From Thermodesulfovibrionales bacterium (GTDB lineage: Bacteria > Nitrospirota > Thermodesulfovibrionia > Thermodesulfovibrionales > Dissulfurispiraceae), in assembly GCA_026416735.1 (NCBI GenBank), contig JAOAEO010000001.1:7254-56040 (forward strand): a stretch of 48,787 bases of DNA. The letters are read 5' to 3'. Position 1 is the stretch's first letter, and each line of letters opens with the position of its first letter. Under the pieces are notes generated by a model. That model was not told where the DNA came from and did no database searches. It saw only the letters and a program-made list of their open reading frames with translations. The position numbers and the translations under genes are program-made. Shown piece by piece: positions 9,500-19,027 of this stretch.

Positions 9500-10381
9500 T
9501 TATAGATGCAACAGTCTTTCCGGTTTTAGCAACCCCCTTGATACCCCACCAATACCTAAGATTTTACCCTCTAAATCTTTAATTTTAAAAAATTGAGAGA
9601 ATTGTTTAAAGTCTTCTAAACTGCTTGACAAATCAACTTTAATCGGGTTGCCATTTTTAAATCTCTGAATAGCTACTGAATCTCTGAGGATTATCTCAGG
9701 CATATGCATTAATGCTTGGTCAATTGAATAGAAGGACTCCCCTTTAGCGGGCAACTCCTCAAATTTAGAAGAATTAGATAATGTGAAATGCCCAATTCTC
9801 GTTCGCATTAGGTCAGTTAGATGAGCCCCTACACCAAGTTTCTGTCCTATATCATTACATAGAGAGCGTATGAAGGTTCCCTTAGAGCATACAACTCTTA
9901 TTGTAAGATAGGGTGGTTCATACTTAATTAGATCGATAGACTCTATCGATATCTTTCTTGGCTTTATATCTATTTTCATGCCTTGTCGAGCCAACTTATA
10001 GAGAGGTTTACCCTGAAATTTTATGGCTGAATAAATCGGAGGAATCTGATCAATTTCCCCGATGAACATATTGAGTGTATCCATTATGTCAGAAAAAGAT
10101 ATCTCAAAGTCTGAAACAGTGCCAATAACTCTGCCTTCACTGTCATAGGTATCAGTAACTTCTCCTAATTTCATAGTAGCTAAATATTCTTTATCGAGGT
10201 TTGTTAGATAATTAGAGATCTTTGTTGCTTCATTTAGGCACACTAAAAGCACGCCTGTAGCGAGAGGATCGAGGGTTCCGACATGACCTGCCTTCTTTAC
10301 TTTGAGTAGTCCTTTAACCTTTATAACAGCTTGACTTGAGGTTATGCCTCTCTCTTTATTTAGGTTTAAAACGGCATTCAT
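9500..10381 (-). CDS. truB: tRNA pseudouridine(55) synthase
   Basis: KAGHVGTLDPLATGVLLVCL contains the catalytic Asp motif. 293 aa. 4-nt overlap with lptD. Confidence 0.9.
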   Translation of the reverse strand: MNAVLNLNKERGITSSQAVIKVKGLLKVKKAGHVGTLDPLATGVLLVCLNEATKISNYLTNLDKEYLATMKLGEVTDTYDSEGRVIGTVSDFEISFSDIMDTLNMFIGEIDQIPPIYSAIKFQGKPLYKLARQGMKIDIKPRKISIESIDLIKYEPPYLTIRVVCSKGTFIRSLCNDIGQKLGVGAHLTDLMRTRIGHFTLSNSSKFEELPAKGESFYSIDQALMHMPEIILRDSVAIQRFKNGNPIKVDLSSSLEDFKQFSQFFKIKDLEGKILGIGGVSRGLLKPERLLHL

Positions 10382-12420
10382 AGAGTCCTAAACTTTCCCA
10401 CTCCTACAAGCTCAATAACAAAGGAGAAACTATATTCAGAAGGTCTCGTCGCATCTCCTGGTTTTCTTGAGATAATGGTATTTATTCCCCAGCATTGTTC
10501 TCTAAAGGAGGTTTTAATAAAGGATTCTCTAAGCCCCCCACCTTTACCATCATAGGATATATTGGCACCAAAGGTAAACCTTTTGGAGAGCATCTTCTCA
10601 AATCCCAGATTGAAAAATTTTATATCATCCTTATGACTATATCTTTGGGCAGAAAATACCCCTAAGGTTTCACTAAGTCTAAGATGTAATGATGAATTCA
10701 GTCTCTCTATTTTACTTTTCTTGAGGTCCTGAATTGTTTCAAATCTTAGAGTTATGGCTGGACTCATTAATGATGTCTCAATAACTAAAGGACTCAATGA
10801 CTTTTGCTCTAAATCATAGGGCTGGCGAATACGAAGATTGGCTGTTAAATCCCTCTTTTTAAAGGAGTTATAGAGAGAGATTTCAACTTGAGAAGTCAAG
10901 TTGAGGAGTTCCGTAGAATCAAAGATTGGCAAATCCTTTGTCTTTGGCGAGAATCTATAACCTAAGGATAACTCGACATTATGTGTAAAGTAGCCATAAT
11001 TTTTAAAGAGATTAGAGAATGCCTCAGCCCTATACTCAAAGGTTTTTCTATTAATGGTTGACCTGTAACTGTCGTTGTTTGAGAGGTTATAGATGGTTTG
11101 AAAAAATGATAGACTCTGTAAAAATTTGATTTCGTCACCTAAGGAATGTGAGAAAGAAGGATTTATTAAAAGTCTTTGACCCTTTAATCCCTCGTCTTGA
11201 ATGAAGTTAACGATGTTTGTATTTAAAGAGAATAATAGTGGGCCAATTTTCAGAGGATTCACAACATATCCCAAGATAGGTGCCTTTAAGATGCCTTTAG
11301 AGCTATCTTCCTGTAAGTCTATCCAATATTGACTTGCAAGATAAAAGCGGGAACCTTTTAGGGGCAAGGAAAATTCTCCTGAAGATTGTAGAAAGCGATT
11401 GATTTCTGAGACCCCTACTAAGTTAGTCATCCTCCCTTCGGTGTTATAGCCATATTCTTTATAGAAAATCCTGTCGCTGATATAATTTATATCAACAAAC
11501 CCATCGAACCTACCAAAAGAGAAGAGGTCTTCTCCTTTAAAAGCATAGAGGTCCCTCTTAAAGCTTCTGTCTCTTAGATGATATACCTCCCATATTCCTA
11601 TGCCTGTTAGATCTATATACCTTAATTCTATCCCCTTGCCAACTCCCCTTCTGCTTAAATAGTCGAGGTAGAGAGTCGTGTCGATATCTTCATCAATAGC
11701 CCAGAAAAAGGCTGGACTAAATCTAAAGCCTTTCTTGGAGCTCGTGCCAATTATGGGAACTAAAAAACCACTCTGGCGCTCCTTCAGTATTGGCAACCAG
11801 ACATAAGGGGCGTATAGAATTGGTAAGTCTTTTATATTGTAGGTAACATTTTTAGCTTTTAGGGTGTCTCCAACTTCTATATGAACGTCTTCACCCTTAA
11901 AACACCAATCGGGTTTTCCTATTTTGTTTTCCCTCTGTTTTTCAAAATAATTTTGTGGGAATTTGTTGGGCAACAAATAAGGTTCTGTATTGCAGGTAGT
12001 AAAGGTTGCCTTAGATAAATAATAGGATTTTTCACCCCTTTTGGAGATACGTGTACCCATAATCCAATAATTATCTCTTTTGAAAAAGATTATTGCTTCT
12101 TCTATCTCACCAACCCGATGTTCAATATTTATTTGAGCTTTCTGAGAAGTGATTATAACCTCTCTATCTTGAAAGACTATGGAACCTTCTAAAATAGCTT
12201 CAGAAGTCTCTCCGTTAAAGGTAATCCTATTTGCAGAGATGGTGATATCCTCACTCTCTATCTTAACATTGCCTGTTGCTATATAAGTGGAACTTTCTGG
12301 TAAATAATCGAGCGTATCGGCGGTGAGCAGGGCTCCCAATCCATGGGGGATGTTATAGAGAAAAATTAATATAGTAAAGAATGACTTTAGGAGAATATAT
12401 TTTAATCTACCATTGCTCAA
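10378..12420 (-). CDS. lptD: LPS-assembly outer-membrane protein LptD (OstA family)
   Basis: Signal peptide, an N-terminal OstA-like beta-jellyroll repeat pattern (I.A....F.....A.L.G.V), then a long Y/F/G-rich beta-barrel ending in an aromatic-rich C-terminus. 680 aa. Confidence 0.7.
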   Translation of the reverse strand: MSNGRLKYILLKSFFTILIFLYNIPHGLGALLTADTLDYLPESSTYIATGNVKIESEDITISANRITFNGETSEAILEGSIVFQDREVIITSQKAQINIEHRVGEIEEAIIFFKRDNYWIMGTRISKRGEKSYYLSKATFTTCNTEPYLLPNKFPQNYFEKQRENKIGKPDWCFKGEDVHIEVGDTLKAKNVTYNIKDLPILYAPYVWLPILKERQSGFLVPIIGTSSKKGFRFSPAFFWAIDEDIDTTLYLDYLSRRGVGKGIELRYIDLTGIGIWEVYHLRDRSFKRDLYAFKGEDLFSFGRFDGFVDINYISDRIFYKEYGYNTEGRMTNLVGVSEINRFLQSSGEFSLPLKGSRFYLASQYWIDLQEDSSKGILKAPILGYVVNPLKIGPLLFSLNTNIVNFIQDEGLKGQRLLINPSFSHSLGDEIKFLQSLSFFQTIYNLSNNDSYRSTINRKTFEYRAEAFSNLFKNYGYFTHNVELSLGYRFSPKTKDLPIFDSTELLNLTSQVEISLYNSFKKRDLTANLRIRQPYDLEQKSLSPLVIETSLMSPAITLRFETIQDLKKSKIERLNSSLHLRLSETLGVFSAQRYSHKDDIKFFNLGFEKMLSKRFTFGANISYDGKGGGLRESFIKTSFREQCWGINTIISRKPGDATRPSEYSFSFVIELVGVGKFRTL

Positions 12421-13787
12421 ATCTTCTCTCTTAGATCACCAAGAGTTGATTTTTCTCCTAATATCTCTAAGGCTTCTCCAATTGTATAAAAAGAACCAGT
12501 AATCAAGATTAGAGGTCTTTTTCGATCAGGGTGCATTATTTGAGAGGCGATAGAGATCGCCATCTCCAAAGCTTGTTTAATTGTGGGGGCAATTTTTGAA
12601 TCAAAGCCTTCAGAAAGGGCAATGTCAGAAAGTACTTTGGGAGATGCAGCTCTGCCATAGTTAGGTGCAGTGAATATTATCTCTGAACACAATGGTAACA
12701 GAGGCTTTAAAATACCTCGAATGTCCTTATCTAACATAATCCCAGTGACTAATATTATTTCATAATAGGGCAAAACTAATTTTTTAAGAGATACTGATAA
12801 CTTCTCTGCAGCATCGGGATTATGTGCTCCATCAATCATAATGGGTGGTTCTTGTCTAAGCAATTCAAGCCTACCTCTCCATCGTGTTTGTGAAAGGCCA
12901 CCCTTTATGCTTTCAAAAATACTATCTTGGGGGTCTTTAGTGAATTTTTGTAAAAGTAATTTGGAAGCCTTTATGGCTACGGAAGCATTAATAAGTTGGT
13001 GTTCACCTGCAAGGGGAACGTAAAAATTATACTTCGAAGAGAGACTTTCACTAACTTCCTTATCTCTATATTCAAAGGTGATACCGTGAAGATCGGATTT
13101 TACTAAGTTGCCTTTAAAATCAACATCATATAGGTATAACCTTGAAGACTGCCTAAGGGCTGTGTCTTCTATTACTCTCTTAGCCTCGTCTTCCTGAGAT
13201 GATGCTATTACAGGAACTGTTTTTTTAATAATTCCTGCTTTCTCTTTAGCAATCTCAGTTAAGGTGTTGCCGAGAAATTCCTTATGATCATAACTTATCC
13301 TCGTTATTACAGAAACCTCTGGTATTATTACATTTGTACAGTCGAGCCTCCCTCCCATTCCTACTTCGATCACTCCCCAATCAATCTTATTCCTACTGAA
13401 ATAGAGGAAAGCCATAGCCGTTACAAATTCAAAAAAAGTAGGTATTTCCGTAGTAAGGCTACTTATTACTGTTTTTATCTCATCAGTCAACTGGACAACT
13501 TCAGATTCAGCTATTTCGACTCCATTTATAGAGATCCTCTCAGTAAAACTGACAAGATGGGGGGAAGTGAAAAGTCCAACCTTGAAACCACGAGATTTCA
13601 AGATAGAAGCTATCATTGCAGAAACAGAGCCTTTACCATTCGTTCCAGCTATGTGAACTGATCGGAAATTCCTTTGAGGATTACCTAAGGCCGACAGTAT
13701 TAGTCTCGTTCTATCGAGCCCTAACTTGATTCCATGCTTTTGTAATCCATACAAATAATCTATTGAATCCTTATATTTCGATGACAT
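12417..13787 (-). CDS. folC: bifunctional folylpolyglutamate synthase / dihydrofolate synthase
   Basis: Mur-ligase P-loop HIAGTNGKGS, the SPHL motif (TSPHLVSFTERI) and DGAHNP in the C-domain. Confidence 0.85.
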   Translation of the reverse strand: MSSKYKDSIDYLYGLQKHGIKLGLDRTRLILSALGNPQRNFRSVHIAGTNGKGSVSAMIASILKSRGFKVGLFTSPHLVSFTERISINGVEIAESEVVQLTDEIKTVISSLTTEIPTFFEFVTAMAFLYFSRNKIDWGVIEVGMGGRLDCTNVIIPEVSVITRISYDHKEFLGNTLTEIAKEKAGIIKKTVPVIASSQEDEAKRVIEDTALRQSSRLYLYDVDFKGNLVKSDLHGITFEYRDKEVSESLSSKYNFYVPLAGEHQLINASVAIKASKLLLQKFTKDPQDSIFESIKGGLSQTRWRGRLELLRQEPPIMIDGAHNPDAAEKLSVSLKKLVLPYYEIILVTGIMLDKDIRGILKPLLPLCSEIIFTAPNYGRAASPKVLSDIALSEGFDSKIAPTIKQALEMAISIASQIMHPDRKRPLILITGSFYTIGEALEILGEKSTLGDLREKI

Positions 13788-13789
13788 CT

Positions 13790-14581
13790 TTAGATTTCTT
13801 CCTCTCCTTTAATTGCCTTACTCAATCCTAAAATAAAACCCTTAGCTTCCTCAGGTCTTTCCTTTAGAGCTTTAACGATTGCGCTACCAATTATAACTCC
13901 ATCTGCGAGTTTTGACACACTATGAGCTTCTTCAGCCGTAGAAACACCAAAACCAATAGCAACAGGCTTTGAAGACAGGCTCCTTATAAGATGCATATGT
14001 TCATTAAATCTCTCATCTAAGGATAACTTTGAACCAGTAATACCAGTTATAGAGATGTAATAAATAAAGCCTTTACTTATTGATGATATTCTCTTAACTC
14101 TCTTAATTGTAGAAGTGGGGGCGATAAGGAAAATAGTATCGAGATTTACTTTACGGCAAAGGGATATAATTTGATATGCTTCATCAAAGGGTAGATCGGG
14201 GATGATCAAGCCATCAACTCCTACATCAGCTATTTGCTTTATAAAATTCTCCTCTCCATATTTAAAGATGGGATTGTAATAGGTCATTACAACTATAGGT
14301 ATCTGCGAATAAGTCCTAAGCTCCTTTATAAAAGGGATGACCCTTTTTAGAGTTACACCTGCCTTTAGAGCTCTTTCAGCAGCTCTTTGTATAATTGGTC
14401 CGTCCGCAAGAGGGTCAGAAAAGGGGATTCCAAGTTCGATGATATCGGCACCACATTCCTCCAGAAGCTTAACATTCTCTAAGGTCTTTTCCAAGGATGG
14501 ATCCCCCGCCATTATGTATGGAATAAAGGCTTTCTTGTTTTCTTTCTTTAATTTTTTAAATGTCTTGTCTATCCTACTCAT
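13790..14581 (-). CDS. trpA: tryptophan synthase alpha chain
   Basis: MSRIDKTFKKLK...AFIPYIMAGDP, ELGIPFSDPLADGP and GFGVS motifs. The start was set at the ATG (14581) that gives the canonical N-terminus. The ORF-track TTG at 14620 adds 13 non-homologous residues. Confidence 0.9.
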   Translation of the reverse strand: MSRIDKTFKKLKKENKKAFIPYIMAGDPSLEKTLENVKLLEECGADIIELGIPFSDPLADGPIIQRAAERALKAGVTLKRVIPFIKELRTYSQIPIVVMTYYNPIFKYGEENFIKQIADVGVDGLIIPDLPFDEAYQIISLCRKVNLDTIFLIAPTSTIKRVKRISSISKGFIYYISITGITGSKLSLDERFNEHMHLIRSLSSKPVAIGFGVSTAEEAHSVSKLADGVIIGSAIVKALKERPEEAKGFILGLSKAIKGEEEI

Positions 14582-14813
14582 AGGTTTTTTAGTCTCACTC
14601 TTTGTAAAAATTCTTTTCAATTGCCTATTTAGCCGAGTTTAAAAAAATTGGGTAAAGGCGCCTTAATTTTCATAATTCTACATTAAAGGCATAAGAAATT
14701 GCTTCGTCTCAAACTCTTTTTTTCTAACTAAGTCAGCAACTACATAAAATCTCACATTAAAATCCTATAGTTCTAAAAAACTCGATAATCGTAATAATTA
14801 AACCAATTTTTGC

Positions 14814-15167
14814 CTATCTGAAAAGATTAAGCTCATCCTTTAAAACTATACCTTCTTCATTAAGAAGCCTTCCAAAAGGTTTATCTATAATTGCCTTAAA
14901 CTCTTCAACAGTGACTCCTTTTGGCTCAATAAATCCCTCTGAGTAACTATATAGGAAGTCTAACCTTTCCATAGGATCCATGGGTAGGTTATCTGAAATG
15001 ATCAAGACATCTATATCGCTCCAGTCTCTAAAATCGCCCCTTGCAGTGGAACCATATAAGAGAGCTGTCTGTTTGCCAAGATGAAATGAAAGCCTTTGAA
15101 CATACTCAAGGGCAATCTTAAATCTTTCCTCTCTCTCTCTCTTTCTCTCTTTAATTATCTTTAACAT
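14814..15167 (-). CDS. minimal nucleotidyltransferase (MNT-type, putative antitoxin)
   Basis: LYGSTARGDFRDWSDIDVLIISD carries the pol-beta-superfamily GS-x(n)-DxD motif. About 117 aa from the ATG at 15167. The longer track ORF would overlap the HEPN gene by 100 nt. Confidence 0.75.
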   Translation of the reverse strand: MLKIIKERKREREERFKIALEYVQRLSFHLGKQTALLYGSTARGDFRDWSDIDVLIISDNLPMDPMERLDFLYSYSEGFIEPKGVTVEEFKAIIDKPFGRLLNEEGIVLKDELNLFR

Positions 15168-15564
15168 TTTCAAACTCTTTTTTAACGAAAAGCAGTATCG
15201 TTTCAGAGCATCGTAATGCCACTTCAAAGTCTTCAGAATCAAAGCTCTCAAAGGGACTTCCTAATCCTATAGCATCGGGATATCTTGTGGGAATATAAAA
15301 TTTGTCCAGCTTTCTGGCACATTTTAATAGGTCTCCTGTGATGGCAAAGCCAAAAAGCTCGAGGTTCTTTAAAAGATCAAAGATTGAATGCCCTTTAACA
15401 ATCTTGCCTAAGCTTACAATTAAACCTTTTATAGCTATTTCTGCTGCCTGCTGTGCCTTGAAACATGCCCAATCAAAGGAACCGTCTTTGGCATCAGATT
15501 TAGCAGATCTTAAATTATGTTCTGCTTGCTTAAACCATCTAAAGAACTCTTTCTCATCTATCAT
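15151..15564 (-). CDS. HEPN-domain protein (putative toxin of HEPN/MNT pair)
   Basis: 137 aa, all-helical. Has N-terminal A..D...A......Y..A.F.AQQAAE.A.K and C-terminal IPTRYPD segments typical of PF05168-type HEPN. Its ATG shares one nucleotide with the trpB TGA stop (TGATG). Confidence 0.7.
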   Translation of the reverse strand: MIDEKEFFRWFKQAEHNLRSAKSDAKDGSFDWACFKAQQAAEIAIKGLIVSLGKIVKGHSIFDLLKNLELFGFAITGDLLKCARKLDKFYIPTRYPDAIGLGSPFESFDSEDFEVALRCSETILLFVKKEFENVKDN

Positions 15565-16745
15565 CAAAGCTCTGTTCCCTTTATCCTCGCCACATGCTGG
15601 ACGTCTTTATCTCCTCTACCAGATAGATTCACAATTATAATATTATCCTTAGGTAAATTTGGAGCTAACTTTATAGCTTCAGCGATTGCATGAGCTGATT
15701 CTAAAGCTGGAATAATTCCTTCTGTCTTAGAAAGGGTCTCGAAGGCAGCCAATGCTTCTTTGTCAGTAGCATAGGTGTATTTTATGCGACCGATGTCTTT
15801 AAAGTAGGCATGCTCAGGACCCACTGAAGCATAATCCAACCCTGCAGAGACCGAATGAGTGCTTAGTACATTTCCATCTTCATCTTGAAGCAAGTAGCTT
15901 TTACATCCTTGGAAGACACCGATGGAACCTCCCGCAAATCTTGCTGCATGTTTACCACTCTCTATCCCCAATCCACCTGCTTCGACTCCTATCATCTCAA
16001 CATCATCATCAAGAAATTCATAGAACAACCCCATAGCATTACTGCCACCCCCTACACAGGCTATTAAGTAGTGAGGCAACCTTCTTTCCACTTGGAGTAT
16101 CTGTCTTCTAGTTTCGACCCCGATCACCGATTGAAAGTCTCTAACCATCATTGGGAATGGATGGGGACCAAAGACTGTCCCAAGGACGTAATGAGTAGTT
16201 CTAACATTAGTAGTCCAGTCTCTTAGTGCTTCGTTAATAGCATCTTTGAGAGTCCTCGATCCCAAAGAAACCTCTCTAACCTCAGCACCTAACAGTCTCA
16301 TTCTGAAGACATTCAGTGATTGCCTCTCCATATCTTCAGATCCCATATATATCTCGCATCTTAACCCCACTAAAGCGGCTCCTGTAGCCGTTGCTACTCC
16401 ATGCTGTCCAGCACCTGTTTCAGCTATTAACCTCTGCTTCTTCATTTTTTTAGCAAGGAGGGCTTGACCTATTGCATTATTGATCTTATGCGCACCGGTA
16501 TGGGCTAAGTCCTCCCTTTTTAGATATACCTTTGCACCACCAAGATGTTCAGTCAACCTCTTAGCAAAATATAAAGGGGTTGGCCTTCCTATGTATGTTC
16601 TTTGAATCTCTCTCAGCTCTCTTTTGAAAGAAATGTCATTCTTGATTCTCAGATAATTCTCTTCAAGCTCTTCTAAAGCAGGCATAAGGGTTTCGGGTAC
16701 AAATCTCCCCCCGTATATACCAAAATACCACTTTTTCGACGACAT
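15564..16745 (-). CDS. trpB: tryptophan synthase beta chain
   Basis: [17 protein letters not shown] start, PLP-lysine motif HTGAHKINN, and GGGSNAMG. Confidence 0.95.
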   Translation of the reverse strand: MSSKKWYFGIYGGRFVPETLMPALEELEENYLRIKNDISFKRELREIQRTYIGRPTPLYFAKRLTEHLGGAKVYLKREDLAHTGAHKINNAIGQALLAKKMKKQRLIAETGAGQHGVATATGAALVGLRCEIYMGSEDMERQSLNVFRMRLLGAEVREVSLGSRTLKDAINEALRDWTTNVRTTHYVLGTVFGPHPFPMMVRDFQSVIGVETRRQILQVERRLPHYLIACVGGGSNAMGLFYEFLDDDVEMIGVEAGGLGIESGKHAARFAGGSIGVFQGCKSYLLQDEDGNVLSTHSVSAGLDYASVGPEHAYFKDIGRIKYTYATDKEALAAFETLSKTEGIIPALESAHAIAEAIKLAPNLPKDNIIIVNLSGRGDKDVQHVARIKGTEL

Positions 16746-16785
16746 TTTCTCTTGCCTTTCCTTCTATTATTTGCTAAGATTTCGT

Positions 16786-16794
16786 ATTATATCA
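16786..16794 (-). promoter_or_regulatory. candidate extended -10 (TGATATAAT) for trpB
   Basis: The minus strand reads TGATATAAT 40 nt upstream of the trpB ATG. There is no good -35. Confidence 0.3.
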
Positions 16795-16998
16795 CACTTA
16801 AATGGTAGAAATGTTTATAATATGGAAATGGTATTTCGTGATCTTTTACGAATGTATTTAATGTATTTTAGGTAGAAAAAATTTTTATTAACTTGTTACA
16901 ATAAAAATTTGGGTGAATTAATATATCACATTTTTAATGTATTCCACCTTTGTCTATAAAAAGCATCTATCTTGAATTTAGAGAGAATCAGAGAGGGG

Positions 16999-17028
16999 TT
17001 GAAAAAATTTTTTACCAAATTTTATAAT
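16999..17028 (+). promoter_or_regulatory. candidate sigma70-type promoter for etfB (TTGAAA-18-TATAAT)
   Basis: TTGAAA at 16999-17004 and TATAAT at 17023-17028, 38 nt upstream of the etfB ATG. Confidence 0.4.
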
Positions 17029-17066
17029 TACTCTTCTTACTTACTCAAGCTGGTTTTAAATAGTTA

Positions 17067-17849
17067 ATGAAGATCGTGATTTGTATAAAACAGGTACCCG
17101 ATACCTCTGAAATAAAGATTGACCCAGTGACAAACACCTTAATAAGGGAAGGGGTACCGAGTATTATAAATCCCTATGATTTGCATGCTATTGAAGCAGG
17201 ACTACAAATCAAAGAGACAAAAGGTGGTAAGGTTACTGTTATTACGATGGGGCCTCCTCAAGCAGAGGAAGCTTTGAGAGAGGCTATTTCAATGGGAGTA
17301 GATGAAGCATATCTCATATCTGACAGAGCCTTTGCTGGGTCTGATACTTGGGCAACTTCCTATACCCTTTCTAAAGCTATAAATAAACTCGGATATGATA
17401 TAGTGATTTGTGGAAAACAGGCTATTGATGGTGACACAGCTCAAGTAGGTCCTGAGATTGCTGAATTCCTCGATATCCCCCACATTTCTTATGTAAAAAA
17501 GATAGAAGAAATAGAAGATTCTTTTATAAGAGTTCAAAGACTTATGGATGATGGTTATGATGTCGTTGAATCGACTATACCTGTTTTGTTAACGGTTGTA
17601 AAGGAACTAAATATCCCTCGACTCCCATCTCTCAGAGGCAAAATGGCCGCAAAGAAAGCTTCCATCCCACGATTAACTAAAGATGACTTGGATGTAAAAG
17701 AAGAAAACATCGGCCTTAAAGGATCTCCTACAAAAGTAAAGAATATTTTTGCTCCACAGTTTAAGGGAGAAAGAAAGATTCTACAAGGGGATTTGGAAGA
17801 GCAAGTTAACGAGCTTATCCAGATTTTGAAAGATCTAAAATGCCAATAA
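17067..17849 (+). CDS. etfB: electron transfer flavoprotein beta subunit
   Basis: MKIVICIKQVPDT...I...P....NP.D..A.E.A start and a GKQAIDGDTAQVGP segment. 260 aa. Confidence 0.85.
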   Translation: MKIVICIKQVPDTSEIKIDPVTNTLIREGVPSIINPYDLHAIEAGLQIKETKGGKVTVITMGPPQAEEALREAISMGVDEAYLISDRAFAGSDTWATSYTLSKAINKLGYDIVICGKQAIDGDTAQVGPEIAEFLDIPHISYVKKIEEIEDSFIRVQRLMDDGYDVVESTIPVLLTVVKELNIPRLPSLRGKMAAKKASIPRLTKDDLDVKEENIGLKGSPTKVKNIFAPQFKGERKILQGDLEEQVNELIQILKDLKCQ

Positions 17850-19027
17850 TTATAAAAATAGAGAAGTGTACAGGCTGTGGCCAATGTACAGATTCCTGCC
17901 CCTATAGTGCCATAGAGATCAAAAAAGAGAAAGCATTCATCACCGAATTTTGTAATGACTGCCGTCTATGTTTAAGTATATGTCCTGAAGGTGCAATTGC
18001 TGAAGTAGCCTACAGAAATGAACCCCCCCTCTTAAAGGATGAGTATAGAGGTGTTTTAATATTTGCAGAACAGAGAAGAGGTCAAGTTGCCTCAGTCTCT
18101 CTGGAACTTTTAGGTGTGGGGAGAAAATTAGCAAATGACTTAGGAGTAGAATTGAGCGCCGCCCTCTTTGGCTCATCTGAAAAGGAGGCAAAGGAACTAA
18201 TTAAGTGGGGTGCAGATAGGGTATATCATGTAAATGATCCCTCTTTGGACAGTTTCAATGATGAACCATACTCTCAAATATTGTATGAATTGATAACGAG
18301 ATATAAGCCAGAGATAGTTCTTGCCGGTGCCACTGCTATTGGACGTTCTTTCATACCAAGAGTAGCAGGGAGGTTGAAGACAGGTTTGACAGCTGATTGC
18401 ACCTCCTTAGAGATAGATAAGGAAACCCGTAACCTGCTTCAAATAAGACCTGCCTTTGGTGGCAATATAATGGCAACTATAGTGTGTCCCGAACATAGGC
18501 CTCAAATGGCTACAGTTAGGCCCCGTGTTATGAAGAGAAACATATACGATCCTAAAAGAGAAGGAGAAATCATTACTATTCCCATTCAAAACATAAAATC
18601 GAGGACAAGAGTATTATTCAGTATTAATGACTCTTCTGAATCTTTCGTAAATCTTCAGGATGCAGAAGTTATTGTTTCTGGTGGAAGAGGGCTTGGCAAT
18701 CCTGAGGGTTTTAACATGTTGCGGCAGCTCGCCCAGCTTTTAGGGGGTACAGTTGGTGCATCGAGGGCTGCTGTTGATGAAGGATGGATACCTTATAGAC
18801 ATCAGGTAGGACAAACGGGCAAGACGGTGTGCCCCAAAATCTATATTGCCTGTGGTATTTCTGGGGCGGTTCAACACCTTGTCGGAATGCAATCTTCTGA
18901 CATCATTATAGCTATAAACAAAAATCCTGAGGCTCCTATATTTAATGTATCAACTTACGGAATAGTAGGAGACCTTTATGAGGTTATCCCACTTCTTATC
19001 AAGAAGCTAAAGGAGGCAAAACAGTGA
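17840..19027 (+). CDS. etfA: electron transfer flavoprotein alpha subunit with N-terminal 2x[4Fe-4S] ferredoxin domain
   Basis: Two CxxCxxCxxxCP motifs (CTGCGQCTDSCP, CNDCRLCLSICP) in the first 55 aa. The EtfA body follows, with the FAD motif VSGGRG...VGASRAAVD.GW and YIACGISGAVQH. Confidence 0.85.
   Translation: MPIIIKIEKCTGCGQCTDSCPYSAIEIKKEKAFITEFCNDCRLCLSICPEGAIAEVAYRNEPPLLKDEYRGVLIFAEQRRGQVASVSLELLGVGRKLANDLGVELSAALFGSSEKEAKELIKWGADRVYHVNDPSLDSFNDEPYSQILYELITRYKPEIVLAGATAIGRSFIPRVAGRLKTGLTADCTSLEIDKETRNLLQIRPAFGGNIMATIVCPEHRPQMATVRPRVMKRNIYDPKREGEIITIPIQNIKSRTRVLFSINDSSESFVNLQDAEVIVSGGRGLGNPEGFNMLRQLAQLLGGTVGASRAAVDEGWIPYRHQVGQTGKTVCPKIYIACGISGAVQHLVGMQSSDIIIAINKNPEAPIFNVSTYGIVGDLYEVIPLLIKKLKEAKQ

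Noticed and set aside
14655-14664. GC-rich perfect palindrome AAGGCGCCTT in the MNT-trpA spacer.
   Set aside because: It is only 10 nt with no loop, so it cannot form a terminator hairpin. It could arise by chance and nothing else supports a function.
15129-15142. (CT)7 dinucleotide repeat, (AG)7 on the coding strand, near the 5' end of the MNT gene. Considered as a possible slipped-strand phase-variation switch.
   Set aside because: It encodes the Lys/Arg/Glu-rich segment KREREER. A frameshift would inactivate the putative antitoxin and be self-toxic. Seven units is short, and there is no supporting evidence without population data.
16802-16861. 19-codon mini-ORF MVEMFIIWKWYFVIFYECI with two Trp codons next to the trp genes, which looks like an attenuator leader peptide.
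   Set aside because: It is on the plus strand, so it points away from trpB (minus strand). It has no RBS. The minus-strand leader of trpB contains no TGG codons, so this is probably coincidence.
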